In this document: piece after piece, positions 1-12,340 of the stretch
How the letters are laid out: each line of letters begins with the position of its first letter
Numbering within the stretch: position 1 is the first letter of the stretch
DNA from: Vicugna vicugna
Lineage: Eukaryota
Direction of reading: 5' to 3'
Assembly (NCBI GenBank): GCA_013265495.1
Contig: MU058252.1
Span: 622,001-686,000 of the forward strand
Length of the DNA stretch: 64,000 bases
The notes under the pieces: model-generated
The model's database searches: none
The model's input: only the letters and a program-made list of their open reading frames with translations
Told to the model about the DNA's origin: nothing
Translations under genes and position numbers: made by a program

Positions 1-224
1 GAAGGGGGGAGGAAATGGTTAAGTTTTCAGAAGAAACAGGAAAAGGGCAATGTTTAACAAGTGAAGGTGTGTGTGTGTGTGGGGGGGTGCCTCCTGGCAG
101 CAGCACCAATGGCGATGATTTTGTGCCAGGGCTCAGACAGATGCCACACAAATAGTCATAAAATTCCACCTGCTAGAAAGAATGACTGTGGGGGCCTCTC
201 TGCAGGGTATCAAGAAAGGCAGAT

Positions 225-380
225 GGGTACCAGGTTTCCATTTGGGGTGATGAAGAAAGCCTGTAACTTGATAGTGGAGATGGTTGTATAACACTGCGAA
301 TGTACTTAATGTCACTGAATTGTTCACTTTAAAGTGGTTACAATGGTAAATTTTATGTTATGTGTATTTAACCACACACA
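225..380 (+). mobile_element. Old L1 (L1MB/MC-like) 3' end
   Basis: Typical L1M 3' terminus: GGGGTGATGAA...GATAGTGGAGATGGTTG...CACTGAATTGTTCACTTTAAA...ATTTTATGTTATGTG. Confidence 0.7.
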
Positions 381-2705
381 AACACAAAACATATTGTATC
401 ACTGAAAAACAGAGGGCTTTGTGAAGCCTCAATATTATTACTACTATAATAAATGTTTGGAGGACAGTTATCAGAGAATTAAAATTACTGTTTGGAGAAC
501 GGTATGTGGCCATATGCCCTTCGAACCCTGTATACACACATGTCCCAGACTGTCAGTGCTGCCAGGGTCCAGAGGAGGATGTGACCAGCATCAGACATCA
601 GAGAGCCCTAGTCTCCGAACAAGGGTCCTGAGCCAGGCTGCTCTGGACTACGGAGCTCCATTCTACCCCACTCTGAACCCCCATCATTCCCAGGATGACA
701 TGCTCTCAATCTGCTCCAAGGGGTCACTGTCTGTTCCAATCAGGGTCGAGATTTTAAAAGACACAGGCTTAGAAAAACAAATCTCCCTCATGCCAAGAAA
801 CTCTCCTTTGTACTGGCTGCTCCAGGCCACTGCCTCTAGCTGCTGGCCCCCAAAGTCAGGAGCCAGGTCCTCTGAGCAAGAGAGTTGTCACACAGAGACT
901 GGCCCAGAGGGCTCAGAGTCTGGACACGTGTTCCCCAATCTGACACTGAAATGTATGGGCTTTTCCTGGGTGTCTGAACAGGGCTGTGTTTAAAGACATG
1001 GCTGTTCTGTAGTACAAAAGCCAGCTGGTAAACATCCCATCCCTCCAAATTTTCATTTTATCTCCCCCGCAGACTCTTCCTGGCAGGCTCAGAGACGTAT
1101 CAGAGGTTAACTAGACAAGGGGAAGGCAGTTTTTAAACAGCTTTCAGAATCCACTAGCTTTGACTTCAAGTCTGGCCCACATGGGATAGTAGGGATTGGA
1201 TTTACCCTCCTGCACCCTCCAACCAAAAAACAAACACACAAAGTATGTCAAACAACAGTTTTTGAGACACTGGGCATCTGGCAATGAAGGACAGTAATGC
1301 CCGAGAGACAGGAACAAATGGCCCAGCTCACTGCCCTGAGAGCTCGGAGCAGGAATGGGGAGCTTGAATGGAGCCCAGTGGACTCTGGGAGTTTCAGAAA
1401 CAGCTGAGTGACCAGGATGAACGAAGTGCCTAGAGGTGGGGTGGTTGGCTAGAGTGTCAGAGAGCAGAAACCCCTGGAGATCTATGGAAGGTCCTCTCCA
1501 GTATGCAGCTGGGATGGATCAACAGTGCATGGGAGGAAACTACCCAAGGAGGGAAAAGGTAATGAAGTCCCCACCAGGGCTGAGAACAGCGAAGGTGAGG
1601 ACGTGAAGACAATTACCATAACTGTATTCCATACGTCCAAAAGGCGATGTAGAAGCATGGGGTCCAACTGAACTTCTAGAGATGAAAACATCTGAAATTA
1701 AACAACAGCAACACTGGATGGAATTAGTAGCAGATTAGGCGTTTCAGAATAAAATATTAGGAAACTTGAAGACATAGCAGTAGAAACTATCCAAAATGAA
1801 AGGCAGAGAAAAAAGAATTTTAAAAATGGAAGAAGCATCAGTAGGCTGTGGGACAGCTGCAAGCGGCCTGATCTGAGTAACTGGAGTCTTCGAAGTAGAG
1901 GGGAGAAAGGAGGGACAGAAGGAATATTTGAAGAAATAATGGCTGAAAGTTCCCAAATTTGATGAAAATTATACATTCATAAGTCAAGGAACTCACCAAA
2001 CCCCACACATAAGAAACACAGGAGACACAAGCTCTATCAAGAAGAATATATAATCTGAATAGCCCTGTGTTTTTTTTTGAAACTGAATTTGTAGTTGAAA
2101 TCTTTCCACAAAGAAAACTCAAGACCCAGCTGGCTTCATTGGGGAATTGTACCAAATATTTAAGGAAGAAATAATATCAATTCTCTACAAATGCTCCTAG
2201 AAAACTGAAGAGGAGGGAATATTTCTCAGCCTTCCATGAGGCTAGTGTTATTCTGATATCAAAATCAAAAACATTTTAAGAAAATAAAATCACACACATT
2301 CATCATGAGCGTAGTTGTAAAAGTTCTAAACAAAACTTTAGTGATTGAGTTTAACAATTTATAAAAACCATAAAACATCAAGACCAAGTGAGATTAACCC
2401 CAGGAATTCAAGATTGGTTTAACATTCAAAAAATCAATCAATACATGGCATAAGGATACATATAGATCAGCGGAATAGAACTAAGATGAGAAATAAATCC
2501 ATACAAGCATGGTCAATTCATTTTCAAAAGTGTGCCAAGACAATTCAATGAAAGCAAGCTTTTCAAAACAAAATGATGCTAGGACAACTAGATAGCCACA
2601 TGCAAAAGAATGAATTTGGAACCCCTACCTCATACCATATACAAAAATTAAAGACTTAAATGTCAGAGCTTAAACTATAAAACTCTTAAAAGAAAATATT
2701 GGTGT

Positions 2706-2795
2706 GGGGGGGTGTATAGGTCAGTGGCAGAGCACATGCTCAGCATGCACAAGGTCCTGAGTTGAATCCCCAGCACCTCCACTAAAAAAAAAGAA
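2706..2795 (+). mobile_element. tRNA-derived SINE (camelid vic-1-like)
   Basis: G-rich start, A-box TAGGTCAGTGGCAGAGC, B-box GAGTTGAATCC and an A-rich tail. Imperfect TSD AGAAAATATTGGTGT / AGAAAACATTACTGT. Confidence 0.8.
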
Positions 2796-3297
2796 AGAAA
2801 ACATTACTGTAAATTTTTATGACCTTGGATTAGGAAATAATTTCTTAGATATGACACCTAAAGCATAAGCAAATAAATTTTTTTTTAAATTGAACTTCAT
2901 CAAAATTTAAAACTTTTGTGCTTGAAAGTACACTATCAAGAAAGTGAAAAATCAGGCTATAGAATGGGAGAAAACATTTACAAATCACATCTCTGATAAG
3001 GGTTTAATGTTTAGAGTATATTTTTAAAAAATCTTACAACTCAACAATAAAAATACAAATAACCCAGTTCAAAAATGAGGAAAGGATCTGAATAGACATT
3101 TCTCCAAAGAGGAGTACAAGTAACCAATAAACACATGAAAAGATGATCAACATGATGTCATTAGAGAAATTGAAACTAAAACCACAATTAAAAACCAAAT
3201 GAAAACTGCACACCTATTAGAATAGTTAAAATGAACAAGTCTGATCATTCCAAGAATTCTTGTTGGCAAGAATATGAGCAACTAGAACTTTCATATA

Positions 3298-3769
3298 AAG
3301 GCACATCTCATTTCATTGCACTTAATTGTGATTCACAGATACTGTTTCAAACTGAAGTTTCGTGGCAGCCCTGCATCCAGCAAGTCTATCAGCGTCATTT
3401 TCATCCCGCATTTGCTCACTTCGTGTCTCTGTATCACATTTTGGTAATTCTTACCACAAACCTTTTCACTGTCATTTTATTTATTATGCTGATCTGTCAT
3501 CAATGATCTTTGATTTTACTACTATGACTTGCTGAGGGCTCAGATGATGGTTAGCATTTTTGAGCAATAAAGTATTTTTTAAATAAGGTATATACATCCT
3601 TTTTTTTCCCGACATAATGCTATTGCACACTTAACTGACTACAGTTTAGTGTGAATATAACTTTTATGTGCACTGGGAAACCAAAAAATTTGTATGACTC
3701 ACTTCATTGTGATAGTTGCTTTATTGCACTGGTTTTGAATTGAGCCCACAATATCTCTGAAGTGTGCAA
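3298..3769 (+). mobile_element. Tigger1-type DNA transposon, internally deleted
   Basis: After TA, begins AAGGCACATCTCATTTCATTGCAC and ends CAATATCTCTGAAGTGTGC, resembling the Tigger1 TIRs. The internal GCTCACTTCGTGTCTCTGTATCACATTTTGGTAATTCT is characteristic. Confidence 0.8.
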
Positions 3770-4619
3770 CACACTCGATGAGAATACAAAATGCACCCAC
3801 TTTGGAAAACAGTTTGGCAGGTTCTTAGAGAGTTAAACATACACCTACCATGTGACTCACCCATTTCTCTTTACCCAAAGGAAACGAAAGCTTCTGTTCT
3901 CATGAAGACTTACAAGTTCATTTTCATAACGGCTTTATTTCCAATAGTCACAAACTGGAAACATCTAAATGTCCCATCAAGAGTCTAGCTGAGCTACTTC
4001 ACGGTATAGCTGTCTCAGCATCCTTTCACTGGGCAAGGAGTCTGCAGGGAACTTCCTGCTGTTCCAGGGGACCTGCCTCTTCTTCCTTCAGGTCCTGGTC
4101 TGATCTCTACCTCTTGGACCCCAGCACAGGGTCCTTCCCATGACTCGAAAAGGAAATATTGTACAATTCTTCTTGAAAGAGGCTTCTATTTGCTGTTAAA
4201 GGTAGAAGAAAGCTTTCCCCTACATTCCAGATTTCAGCTTCAGAAGGAGAAATATTTGGGACAGAGGCACCTTCCCAAGCTTCCAGAGTTTTCCCTGTGC
4301 AGGTAGCAGCCACCTCTGGTTAATGGTTTCAAGCCAACTCTGCCAACTCCTCTTTCAGTAATTCCCTGAAACTAAGGCACAATTTACTCATTTCACCAGC
4401 ATCCTGCCTGCATCAGCTTATGAAGAGGTAAAACCAGGTCGCCGTATTGGCTTCTGGAAACTGACGATTTAAGCTTTCCTCCATATTTTACCATCTTCCC
4501 CCTAAAAACACCACTAAACAAACAGAAACCCCTATGCTTTTGGAAATTCTATATTATTTCACTGTAGTCAAGTGACAATCATAAGGCAGGCACAATTACA
4601 CACTGGGTAATAACTTTCA

Positions 4620-4760
4620 ACTTCCACAACAACTTCTCAAGATAAGTATTATCTTCTTGATTTTACTGATGAGGAAATTGAGGTTCTCGAGAGGTTAAGC
4701 AGACAAAGTCGCTCAGCTGCTTGAGTGGAGATTTCAGGTCTGTTATCACTAAGTCTAATG
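4620..4760 (-). mobile_element. MIR SINE
   Basis: MIR core in reverse orientation: ATTTTACTGATGAGGAAATTGAGG...AGAGGTTAAG. Confidence 0.65.
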
Positions 4761-4923
4761 ACATGTCCACCAAATGACAGACAGCGGCTTGAAAGGGACA
4801 GGCGGACCCTCTGCTGACACACAGAAGTGGAGTGCCGTTCACTCACTGCGCGCACCTCTCCTCTGTGAGCGGCTCTCAAGCCCCCCCCCACCACCCCGGA
4901 CACAGTAAGTCACTCTGGTTAGA

Positions 4924-4952
4924 GTGTGTGTGCGTGTGTGTGTGCGTGTGTG
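4924..4952. repeat. (TG)n-like microsatellite
   Basis: Alternating GT with two interspersed CG dinucleotides. Confidence 0.85.
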
Positions 4953-5214
4953 ACTCGGAGGGACAATGAGGGAGACTGGTGTAGCAACATCTGTTTTCAT
5001 TCATTCCGGAAGATTTCTAGCTGCCCGCAGAATCCTGCATTTGCTTGTTCTCTGGATGGATTCTGAAGCCAAGTATAATTCATACCGGGGCGTTAATCCT
5101 ACAAAGCGTATTTACATGAGTTTCGGGTCCTGTGGACTGGAGGTCAGGGCCAGCTGACCACCAACTCCACACCTGCCTTTATTCTGCTGGGAGCAGAAAG
5201 GGGGGTCGACTGGG

Positions 5215-5570
5215 CTGTCAGTCAGCATTTTTTGGTTGCTGCAAAAGAAACTGAGTTGGGTGAGTTTAAGCAAGAAACGGGGACTTACTGGAAGGAGATC
5301 AAGTGAAGGAGCGATGAACACCCAGATTAAAGAAGGTTAAGAACTCGGGAAAGGCCAGCTTCTCAGCAGCCAGAACTTGAGGAATGTGTGTCTCGGAAGC
5401 GGCTATGAGTTTACTTGGCTCCAGCCTCTTTCTCTCCCAGGGTGATCTGGCACCAGATCTCACTTCCAAGAAGAGAGAATGTCACTGCCCTACCTTGAGT
5501 TTAATTTGGTTGGGAGCAGGACCCCATGACTGCTGACTCATCAGAATCACAGCAGCTGTAGGGATCCAAC
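5215..5570 (-). mobile_element. Old MaLR LTR fragment (MLT1K/L-like)
   Basis: Terminus TGTCAGTCAGCATTTTTTGGTTGCTGCAAAAGAAAC...TTAAGCAAGAAA resembles reversed old MLT1 LTR ends. Confidence 0.5.
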
Positions 5571-5822
5571 TAGTCACTCACTGCCGTCGACAATGCCCAC
5601 ACAGAAACACCCTTCTCTCCACTGTCACAGATGAAGAATGCCCCACTTCCCAGGGACTGCCCAGTGTGAACCACACAAGCAATGCCCCACTCCCAGTGGG
5701 TAACAATCCAAAGACCCACCCAACTGACCATGCCCAGAAGTGGTGTGATGGGCTGGCCAGTCTCTGAGTCCAAAAGCCTGAGTAATGTTCGCTTCTCATC
5801 TAGATACTATCTTAAGAGACTG

Positions 5823-6607
5823 ACACCAGTCAGAATGTCCATAATTAAAAAGTCCACAAATGATAAATGCTGGAGAGAGTGCGGAGACAAGGGAACCCCT
5901 CTACACTGTTAGTGGGAATGTAGTTTGGTGCAGCCATTATGGAAAACAGTATGGAGATTCCTCAAAAGACTAAAAACAGACTTACCATATGATCCAGCAA
6001 TCCCACTCTTGGCATATATCCAGAGGGAACCTTAACTCAAAAAGACACCTGCACCGCAATGTTCATAGCAGCACTATCTACAATAGCCATGACATGGAAA
6101 CAAACTAAATATCCACCAACAGATGATTGGATAAAGCTATGGTATATTTATACAATGGAATACTACTCAGCCATAAAAAGAATAAAATAATGCCATTTGC
6201 AGCAACATGGATGAACCTGGAGAATGTCATTCTAAGTGAAGTAAGCCAGAAAGAGAGCAAAATACCATATGATATCACTCATATGTCAAATTAAAAAAAA
6301 AAAAAGACAAACTTATTTACAAAACCAAACCAGACTCACAGACATAGAAAACAAACTTATGGTTACTTGGGGGAAGGCAGTGGGGAGGGATAAATTAGAA
6401 GGAGTTCGAGATTTGCAGATACTAACTAATATATATAAAATAAACAGGTTCATACTGTATAGCACAGGGAAATATATTCAATATCTTATAGTAACGTATG
6501 GTGAAAAAGAATATGAAGAGGAATATATATGTATGTGCATGTATGACAAGCATTATGCTGTACACCAGAAACTGACACAAGATAGTAAACTGACTATATT
6601 TCAATAA

Positions 6608-6610
<3 letters not shown>
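5823..6610 (+). mobile_element. Relatively young 5'-truncated L1 (end of ORF2 plus 3' UTR)
   Basis: Well-preserved L1 motifs (ATGGAAAACAGTATGGAGATTCCTCAAAA; CCATATGATCCAGCAATCCCACTC; GCAGCAACATGGATGAACCTGGAG) ending in AATAAAA. Confidence 0.9.
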
Positions 6611-6663
<53 letters not shown>

Positions 6664-6664
6664 T
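6611..6664. repeat. Compound (AT)n(AC)n microsatellite at the L1 tail
   Basis: Directly visible in the sequence. Confidence 0.95.
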
Positions 6665-6774
6665 ATGCAAAGGAGTCTGCATATGGATTAAATAATAAAT
6701 CGGACACCAAAACCCTACATCACTTAAAAAAAGACTGTATATCTATGTTTCAGTCTGAAAGCTGGGCCAGCCTC

Positions 6775-7000
6775 TGCTGTGGGTGATGGGTAGGAGTTAG
6801 GTGCTGGCTCAGGAGTTGCATGGCCAGAGCACTTTGCCTCTTGCTACTTTTGGGGCAAGTCTGAGCAAGTTACCATTACCTTGTAAGTCTATTTCTCTAA
6901 CTGTAACAAACTCACCTCATTATATGTTAAGAAAAAAAAAAAAGGTTTAGCACAGTGTTTTGGGCGTAGTAATTGCTCAATAAATGTCAGCTGTGTTGTT
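6775..7000 (+). mobile_element. MIR SINE
   Basis: Degenerate core (GAGCAAGTTA...CTGTAA) and the 3' end TTTAGCACAGTGTTTTGGGCGTAGTAATTGCTCAATAAATG. Confidence 0.6.
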
Positions 7001-8679
7001 GATGTTAGTATTTACTCATAACCAAGTATGGCCAGGCCCTGCTTTAACAGCCCAATTAAATTCGATTAGAATTTGCTAAATGTTCCTATGTAAACAAATG
7101 ATGTTAAAATCTCCCCCACAGCAAGTTTACTTTGGCGTAATGCCACCGGCCTAGCCCTATGGGATGTGATTAGCAAAAAAAATCCGAAGAAACTAGTTCT
7201 TCTTTTTGCGGGAGGGATCTGTTGAAGACTCAGCGTGTGATTATCAGCATGGGTCCCAAGGACCCGGGAGGAAATTCCTCTCTGGCCCGAGTCCCAGGAA
7301 TAGCTGGGCTCCTCTTGGGAAACTGGTTTCTTTCTATCTTTTGGACTCTGCCTCATGGGCAGGATCGCGTTTCCCTGTGCTTTGGCCCAATCAAGAGTCC
7401 CTCTCCAGTAAAGAAGCAGGACTCTAGCTGTGTATAACATTGTGGATGCTCACCGTACCCAGGCCTCACCTTTTTTCTTCTACCTTTTTCAAAGCCCAAA
7501 GATGTCTTCAGGGACCTTTTCCGTCTTTCTGAGTGAGATGCAGCGCGCCCCGAGGTGTGCCTGGCAGTTGAGCGCTCCCTCTCTGTGTGGAGGGCTTATT
7601 GCCGTCTCTGGAGGCTCCTCTCTCCCACTGGCCTTGGGAAAGGATTTCCGCCAGCAGCCCCACTGGGTGGGCGGCCCTGTGCCCGCTGCCCTCTCTGTCC
7701 CTGCGGTCCAGGAATCATGGAGCCTGTGCGGTCTGGGAGTGGCCTGGGCCCAGTTGTGAAGGGGACACACTGCTCAGTTCCTCGCGCCAGGCACTCAGGA
7801 GCAGCCTCCCCAATCCGCTATGGAAAAGGGACCCAGGAAAAAGGACCTTCTCAATCCCCAGTTGTGGGCTGCCTGCCCTGGGTATTGGGGGACAGGCAGG
7901 GCCGGTGGAGAGAGGGTGTGGCTTGGTCTTCCTGCCCACCCCCGAACTTCCATCCCCAAACTTAGCAGCCTGCACAGTCACCAAACCCCCGCTGGCGGAG
8001 CATGAACTCACCTGGCCCCCGCCCCCCACCTGGAGTGTGCGGTCCTGGGGGCTGCGTGGGCCAGGAGCAGGGTTCTCACCTCGGACCGCTCAGCCTCCTC
8101 TCCCCACGGGCCCTGACCAAGGGCTGCTCTCAGCGTCCAGGGAGGCCCTCTCCAAACCCACAGCGCCCCCAGGGCAGCCTCCGCCCAGCCCCCTCTCGGG
8201 CAGAGCCATGCCAGGGAACAGCGTCAGCTGGACTCTGCGGGATGTTTTCAATCACTGATTCCAAAGAGGGGCTTAGCCTCAGGCGGCAGAGAGGCCAAGG
8301 GCCTGTTTACGAAAAAAAGCTCATTTTACAGGTCCAGCTTCACAGGCCTCAGTGCAAGTCACTCCCTCTGGTGTCACTGGGCTGACCAGACATATGCGTG
8401 GCTGGGCTGGGACTGGAGGTCCGGGTTCAGCCCAGGTCCTCACACCAGCTCCCTGAGCCACCCTGCAGAAGAAACGCCGCCTGTGCTGCTTCCATTTCCT
8501 CGGCAGGCATCGCCCAGCACTGGTGGTGTGGGGGCACGAAGTGAGGTCTGTTAAGAGGATGTCAGGTTCTCCAAGGGGGAGGCACAGGGAGGTAGAACCC
8601 ACAGTATCTTCCAGAATCAGGGGAGGCGCTTCCATACCCAGATTACCTCCCAACAGCCCTCAGCACCCCAGCAACTAGA

Positions 8680-8832
8680 CTTTTATTTTCATTGTGGTAA
8701 AATAGACGGAAAAGACAATTTACCTTCGGAACCGTCTTCCAGTGGACAGCTCATTAAACACCTTCACACTGTTGTGCAGCCGTCACCACCATCATCTCCG
8801 GAACTTTCTCAACTTCCCAAACTCACACTCTG
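8680..8832 (-). mobile_element. L1MB-like 3' end fragment
   Basis: Reverse L1 terminus: TTTCATTGTGGTAAAATA...TTCACACTGTTGTGCAGCCGTCACCACCATCATCTCCGGAACTTT. Confidence 0.65.
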
Positions 8833-9934
8833 CAGCTGCCTTTTGAAAGTCTCTCAATCAACTGGTTTGAACTGAAAACCCATGTGATTTCTTGAGGGGA
8901 ACACAGCTACGTAGGACTCTAGCAGTGGAGACAGGAGACCTTCCCAGGGAATATGGAGGGTCCCCAGGGGTACCGGGGACCCCCAGGCTCACGGGGAGGG
9001 GCGGCAGCAGGGACGATCCACTAACACAGCCCTCGGGGGCCAGGCTGGCGGAGGAACATCTGTGGGGGTTTCAGAGGGAACGTTTCCCTGTGTCAGATGG
9101 GCCTGATAAACAGCGCCTGCTGGCTCCTGGTCGGCAGGGGGTGTGGGCGGGGTAGGGGGCTGAGGACAGGAGGATGGCTCTGGGAGAGGCGCAGCTTTCC
9201 AGACCGCAGAGTGCAGACACAAGTATGTGAAGCATGTGTGACTCGCTTCAGCCGGCGCTGCCCTCGGTGCACCGACCCCCTGGACCGACTTCAGACAAAT
9301 TACAAGCCTGCCCACAAGCACTTTGGTGGCAATCTTGTTTTTCTTCTTTCAGACAAAAAGCAGATTTTCTGACAGATTAGGGAGCAGGGGGCTGGGGTGA
9401 GGGGGAGGTCACCCAGGAGCACCAGCCCATCGGTGAAGCCCTAAATCACCAGTTAATGAGGTGCCGCTCTTCCTCAGCTGGGGAGCAGGACAAGTTCAGG
9501 GGAAACCTCTGGAATGCGGGGAAGGGCTGCGAGGCCTGGCTCCTCCCCGGGCTACTGGGGACTGGCCCGATCTCCTCGGCCGTGGGAGGACTTCCTTCCT
9601 CGGTGATTCTCCCTTACATCCCCAGGAAAGTGTTATCCTCACCGTACAGCTGGGGAAACCGGGCCTTGGGGCAGTGACTGGTCCAAGGACACATCCTAGT
9701 GAGTAACAGCGAGAGGATGAGGGTGGAAACCCAGAGCTGGCCCTTAACCCCGCCCCGCCGCCCCCTTCTGGGTGCCACTGAGTGCACCACTTGCTATGAA
9801 CGACCGATATTCATACAGTACCTTCTCAGGGTTAGTTTGGCTTTTGCAGCCGTATGCTGTTGCAACAGCAGATACGACTGCACTCATTTCACAGAGCGGG
9901 GCAGATGGAGGCCTGGAGAGGCTGTTGGATTCAT

Positions 9935-10280
9935 ATTATAGGCTGAAACGTGTCCCTCTCAAATTCCTATGTTGAAATCCTAACCCTCAGAACCTCAGAG
10001 TGACTGAAGATATAGGGTCTTTAAAGAGATGATTATGTTAAAATGAGACTGTTACGTTGGACCCTTAATCTGATACGACGGGTGTCCTTATACGAACAGA
10101 TCAGGACACAGACACACACACAGGAAAGGCCGTGTGAGGACACAGGGAGAAGACGGCCACTTGCAGGCCAGGGAGAGAGGCCTCAGGAGAAACCAGACCT
10201 GCCAGCACCTTGACCTTGGACTGCTGGCCTCCAGAACTATGAGAGGAAAAGTGTCGTATCTAAGCCCCATGCTGACTAAC
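9935..10280 (+). mobile_element. MaLR LTR (MLT1B/MSTD-like)
   Basis: AAATTCCTATGTTGAAATCCTAACCC...GTGAGGACACAGGGAGAAGACGGCC...GCACCTTGACCTTGGACTGCTGGCCTCCAGAACTATGAG. Confidence 0.8.
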
Positions 10281-10428
10281 GCACTTTGCTCCCAGTTCAC
10301 ACCATAGGCCACTGGAGAAGGCAGGCCCTGCCTCTTCCCATGGTGCTTGCAGACCAGGGTAAGGACGCCTGGCTCCTCTTCCCACGGGTCATGGGGAGTT
10401 TGAATGAAGTGATGCAGGGGACAATGCT

Positions 10429-10978
10429 TTTTTTTTAAATTAAAATTAAATGTTTTTAAATTGAAGTATAGTTGATTTACAATGTTGTGTTATTTTCTGG
10501 TGTATACAGTAATTCAGTTATACATATATATATGCTTTCTATATTCTTTTCCATTATAGGTTATTACAAGATATTGAATATAGTTCCCTGTGCTGTACAG
10601 TAGGACCTTGTTGTTTATCTATTTTATATATAGTAGTGTGTACCTGCAAATCCAGGACTCCCAAATTATCCCTTCCCACCTCCTTCCCCTCCTTATGTTT
10701 GTTTTCTATGTCTGTGAGCCAGTTTCTGTTTTGTAAATGAGTTCATTTGCGTTATTTTTTTAGAGTCCACATGTAAATGATATCATATGATGTTTGTTTT
10801 TCTCTGACTTATTTCACTCAGTATGATAATCTGCCACACTGCTGAAAATGGCATTATTTCATTCTTTTTTACGGGTAATATTCCATTGTATAAATATACC
10901 ACATCTTCTTTATCCATCCCTCTGTGGATGGACATTTAGGTTGCTTGCATGTCTTGGCTGTTGTAAATAGTGCTGCTG
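10429..10978 (-). mobile_element. 5'-truncated L1 3' end with target-site duplication
   Basis: Poly(T) followed by a reversed L1 3' UTR. Flanked by a 16-bp TSD, TGCAGGGGACAATGCT (10413-10428) / TGCAGGGAACAATGCT (10979-10994). Confidence 0.9.
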
Positions 10979-11077
10979 TGCAGGGAACAATGCTATTGAG
11001 CGTGTGATTGCTATTGAGTGGGTTACCATTACTTTATCTAGTGCACAACACACCTATGTATGCAAATGTGTGTGCAG

Positions 11078-11290
11078 TACAGTAGAGTGGTTGGGAGCAA
11101 AGGTATCAGCCAGACCTGAGTTTGAATCCTGACTGCTGTGTGACCTTAGGTAAGTTGCTTAACCTGTCTGCGTGTAGCTCGCCTTTGTAGTGATGATAAT
11201 AAGGATATCACAGTCTTAGTGTTATTGTACAAAACAAGTAAAATTATACAGATTCCACTAGTACAGACCTTGGCATCAAGTCAGTGCATA
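11078..11290 (+). mobile_element. MIR SINE
   Basis: AGTAGAGTGGTTGGGAGC...CCTGAGTTTGAATCCTGACTGCTGTGTGACCTTAGGTAAGTTGCTTAACC. Confidence 0.75.
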
Positions 11291-12169
11291 AAATTAAAGC
11301 TCAGTGGTATCATCATCCTCATCAACAATGGGAAAGAGGTGTGAGGTCCTGGGGGCCTGGGGCCAGCCGGACCTGCGACCCTCCTCTCCCAGACCTGGTG
11401 TGGAGCCTTGAGGGTCAGACAGGGACAGGGTCGTGGGTGCGGACGGGGCCTCCCACACGTGGAGACAGGAGTGGCTGGGCTCACACAGAAAGGGCCACCT
11501 CCCTAAACAAACTGGCAGAGAAAGGGAAAACAAGAGCAAGTTTTCCAGCAAATCCTCTTTCCGACTCACACAATGCGAGGGTCCATTTGAATGCAGATTC
11601 ATTCAGGGCTCAGAGACTTGAACTGGTTTGCTGTTAGTTTTGTGGTGGTTTCTTCAAGTTCCTTATCTGGATGGAGAGCCCTCAGTTACCTGGGGCAAGG
11701 GGCTGCCAGTACTCCATCCTCTGGGGGCACACCCTCTGTGGACCCATCTACAGATGGAGGAAGGGCAGCCCCTTCCCTTTCCCCAGGCTGGATGGACAGT
11801 CACCCTGTGCTGTAACTTCTCTGCCTAGAGAGGTCCCACTGCAGACTCCCGGGGGCCCCTACCCCCACCTTTGCAACCACTCTCGGTGAGTGTTGTCCTG
11901 AGTGGTTCACCTGCTATTGTTTCTCTCTCAGTGGGGAAAGAGGGGTGGGGTGGGGGTGGGAGGTCCCTGGGACCTGGGACAACTGGCATCTCACATTCCA
12001 CTGAAACAGCCACCCCAGCCTCTTCCACACTCAGGCCTGCAGCAGAATCCAACTCTTGAGATTTTTGTTTTTCTTTTAAGAACTCAATTTTCCTCTCTAA
12101 ACTTCAGATTCCAATCCTATTTCCACCCAGCCTATCTGCACCTCTCAATCCCAGTGTAAATAGTAATTC

Positions 12170-12340
12170 CAGCACAGGGAACTATATTCAACATCTTGTA
12201 ATAACCTTTAATGAAAAAGAATATGAAAACGAATATATGCATGTGTATGCGTGACTGGGACATTGTGCTGTACACCAGAAATTGACACATTGTAACTGAC
12301 TATACTTCAATCGAAAATATATATATATATATATATATTT
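12170..12340 (+). mobile_element. Short L1 3' UTR fragment with (AT)n tail
   Basis: Close internal similarity to 6461-6610 (AGCACAGGGAACTATATTCAA...GCTGTACACCAGAAATTGACAC...CTGACTATACTTCAAT). Confidence 0.85.

Larger units (their letters stand above)
1160..3985 (+). mobile_element. Degenerate L1M composite (5' UTR, ORF1 and ORF2 remnants), interrupted by a SINE and Tigger1
   Basis: ORF1-like remnant at about 1690-2050 (GAAATAATGGCTGAAAGTTCCCAAATTTGATGAAA) and A-rich ORF2/3' remnants (AAAAGAATGAATTTGGAACCCTACCTCATACCATATACAAAAATT; CACTTTGGAAAACAGTTTGGCAG). Confidence 0.8.

Noticed and set aside
421..993. 190-aa plus-strand ORF
   Set aside because: It has a GTG start, no recognisable domain and no supporting splice structure.
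7555..8385. Overlapping 127-223 aa ORFs
   Set aside because: Pro/Gly/Ser-rich translations in several frames on both strands are typical of GC-rich non-coding DNA, and I recognise no homology.
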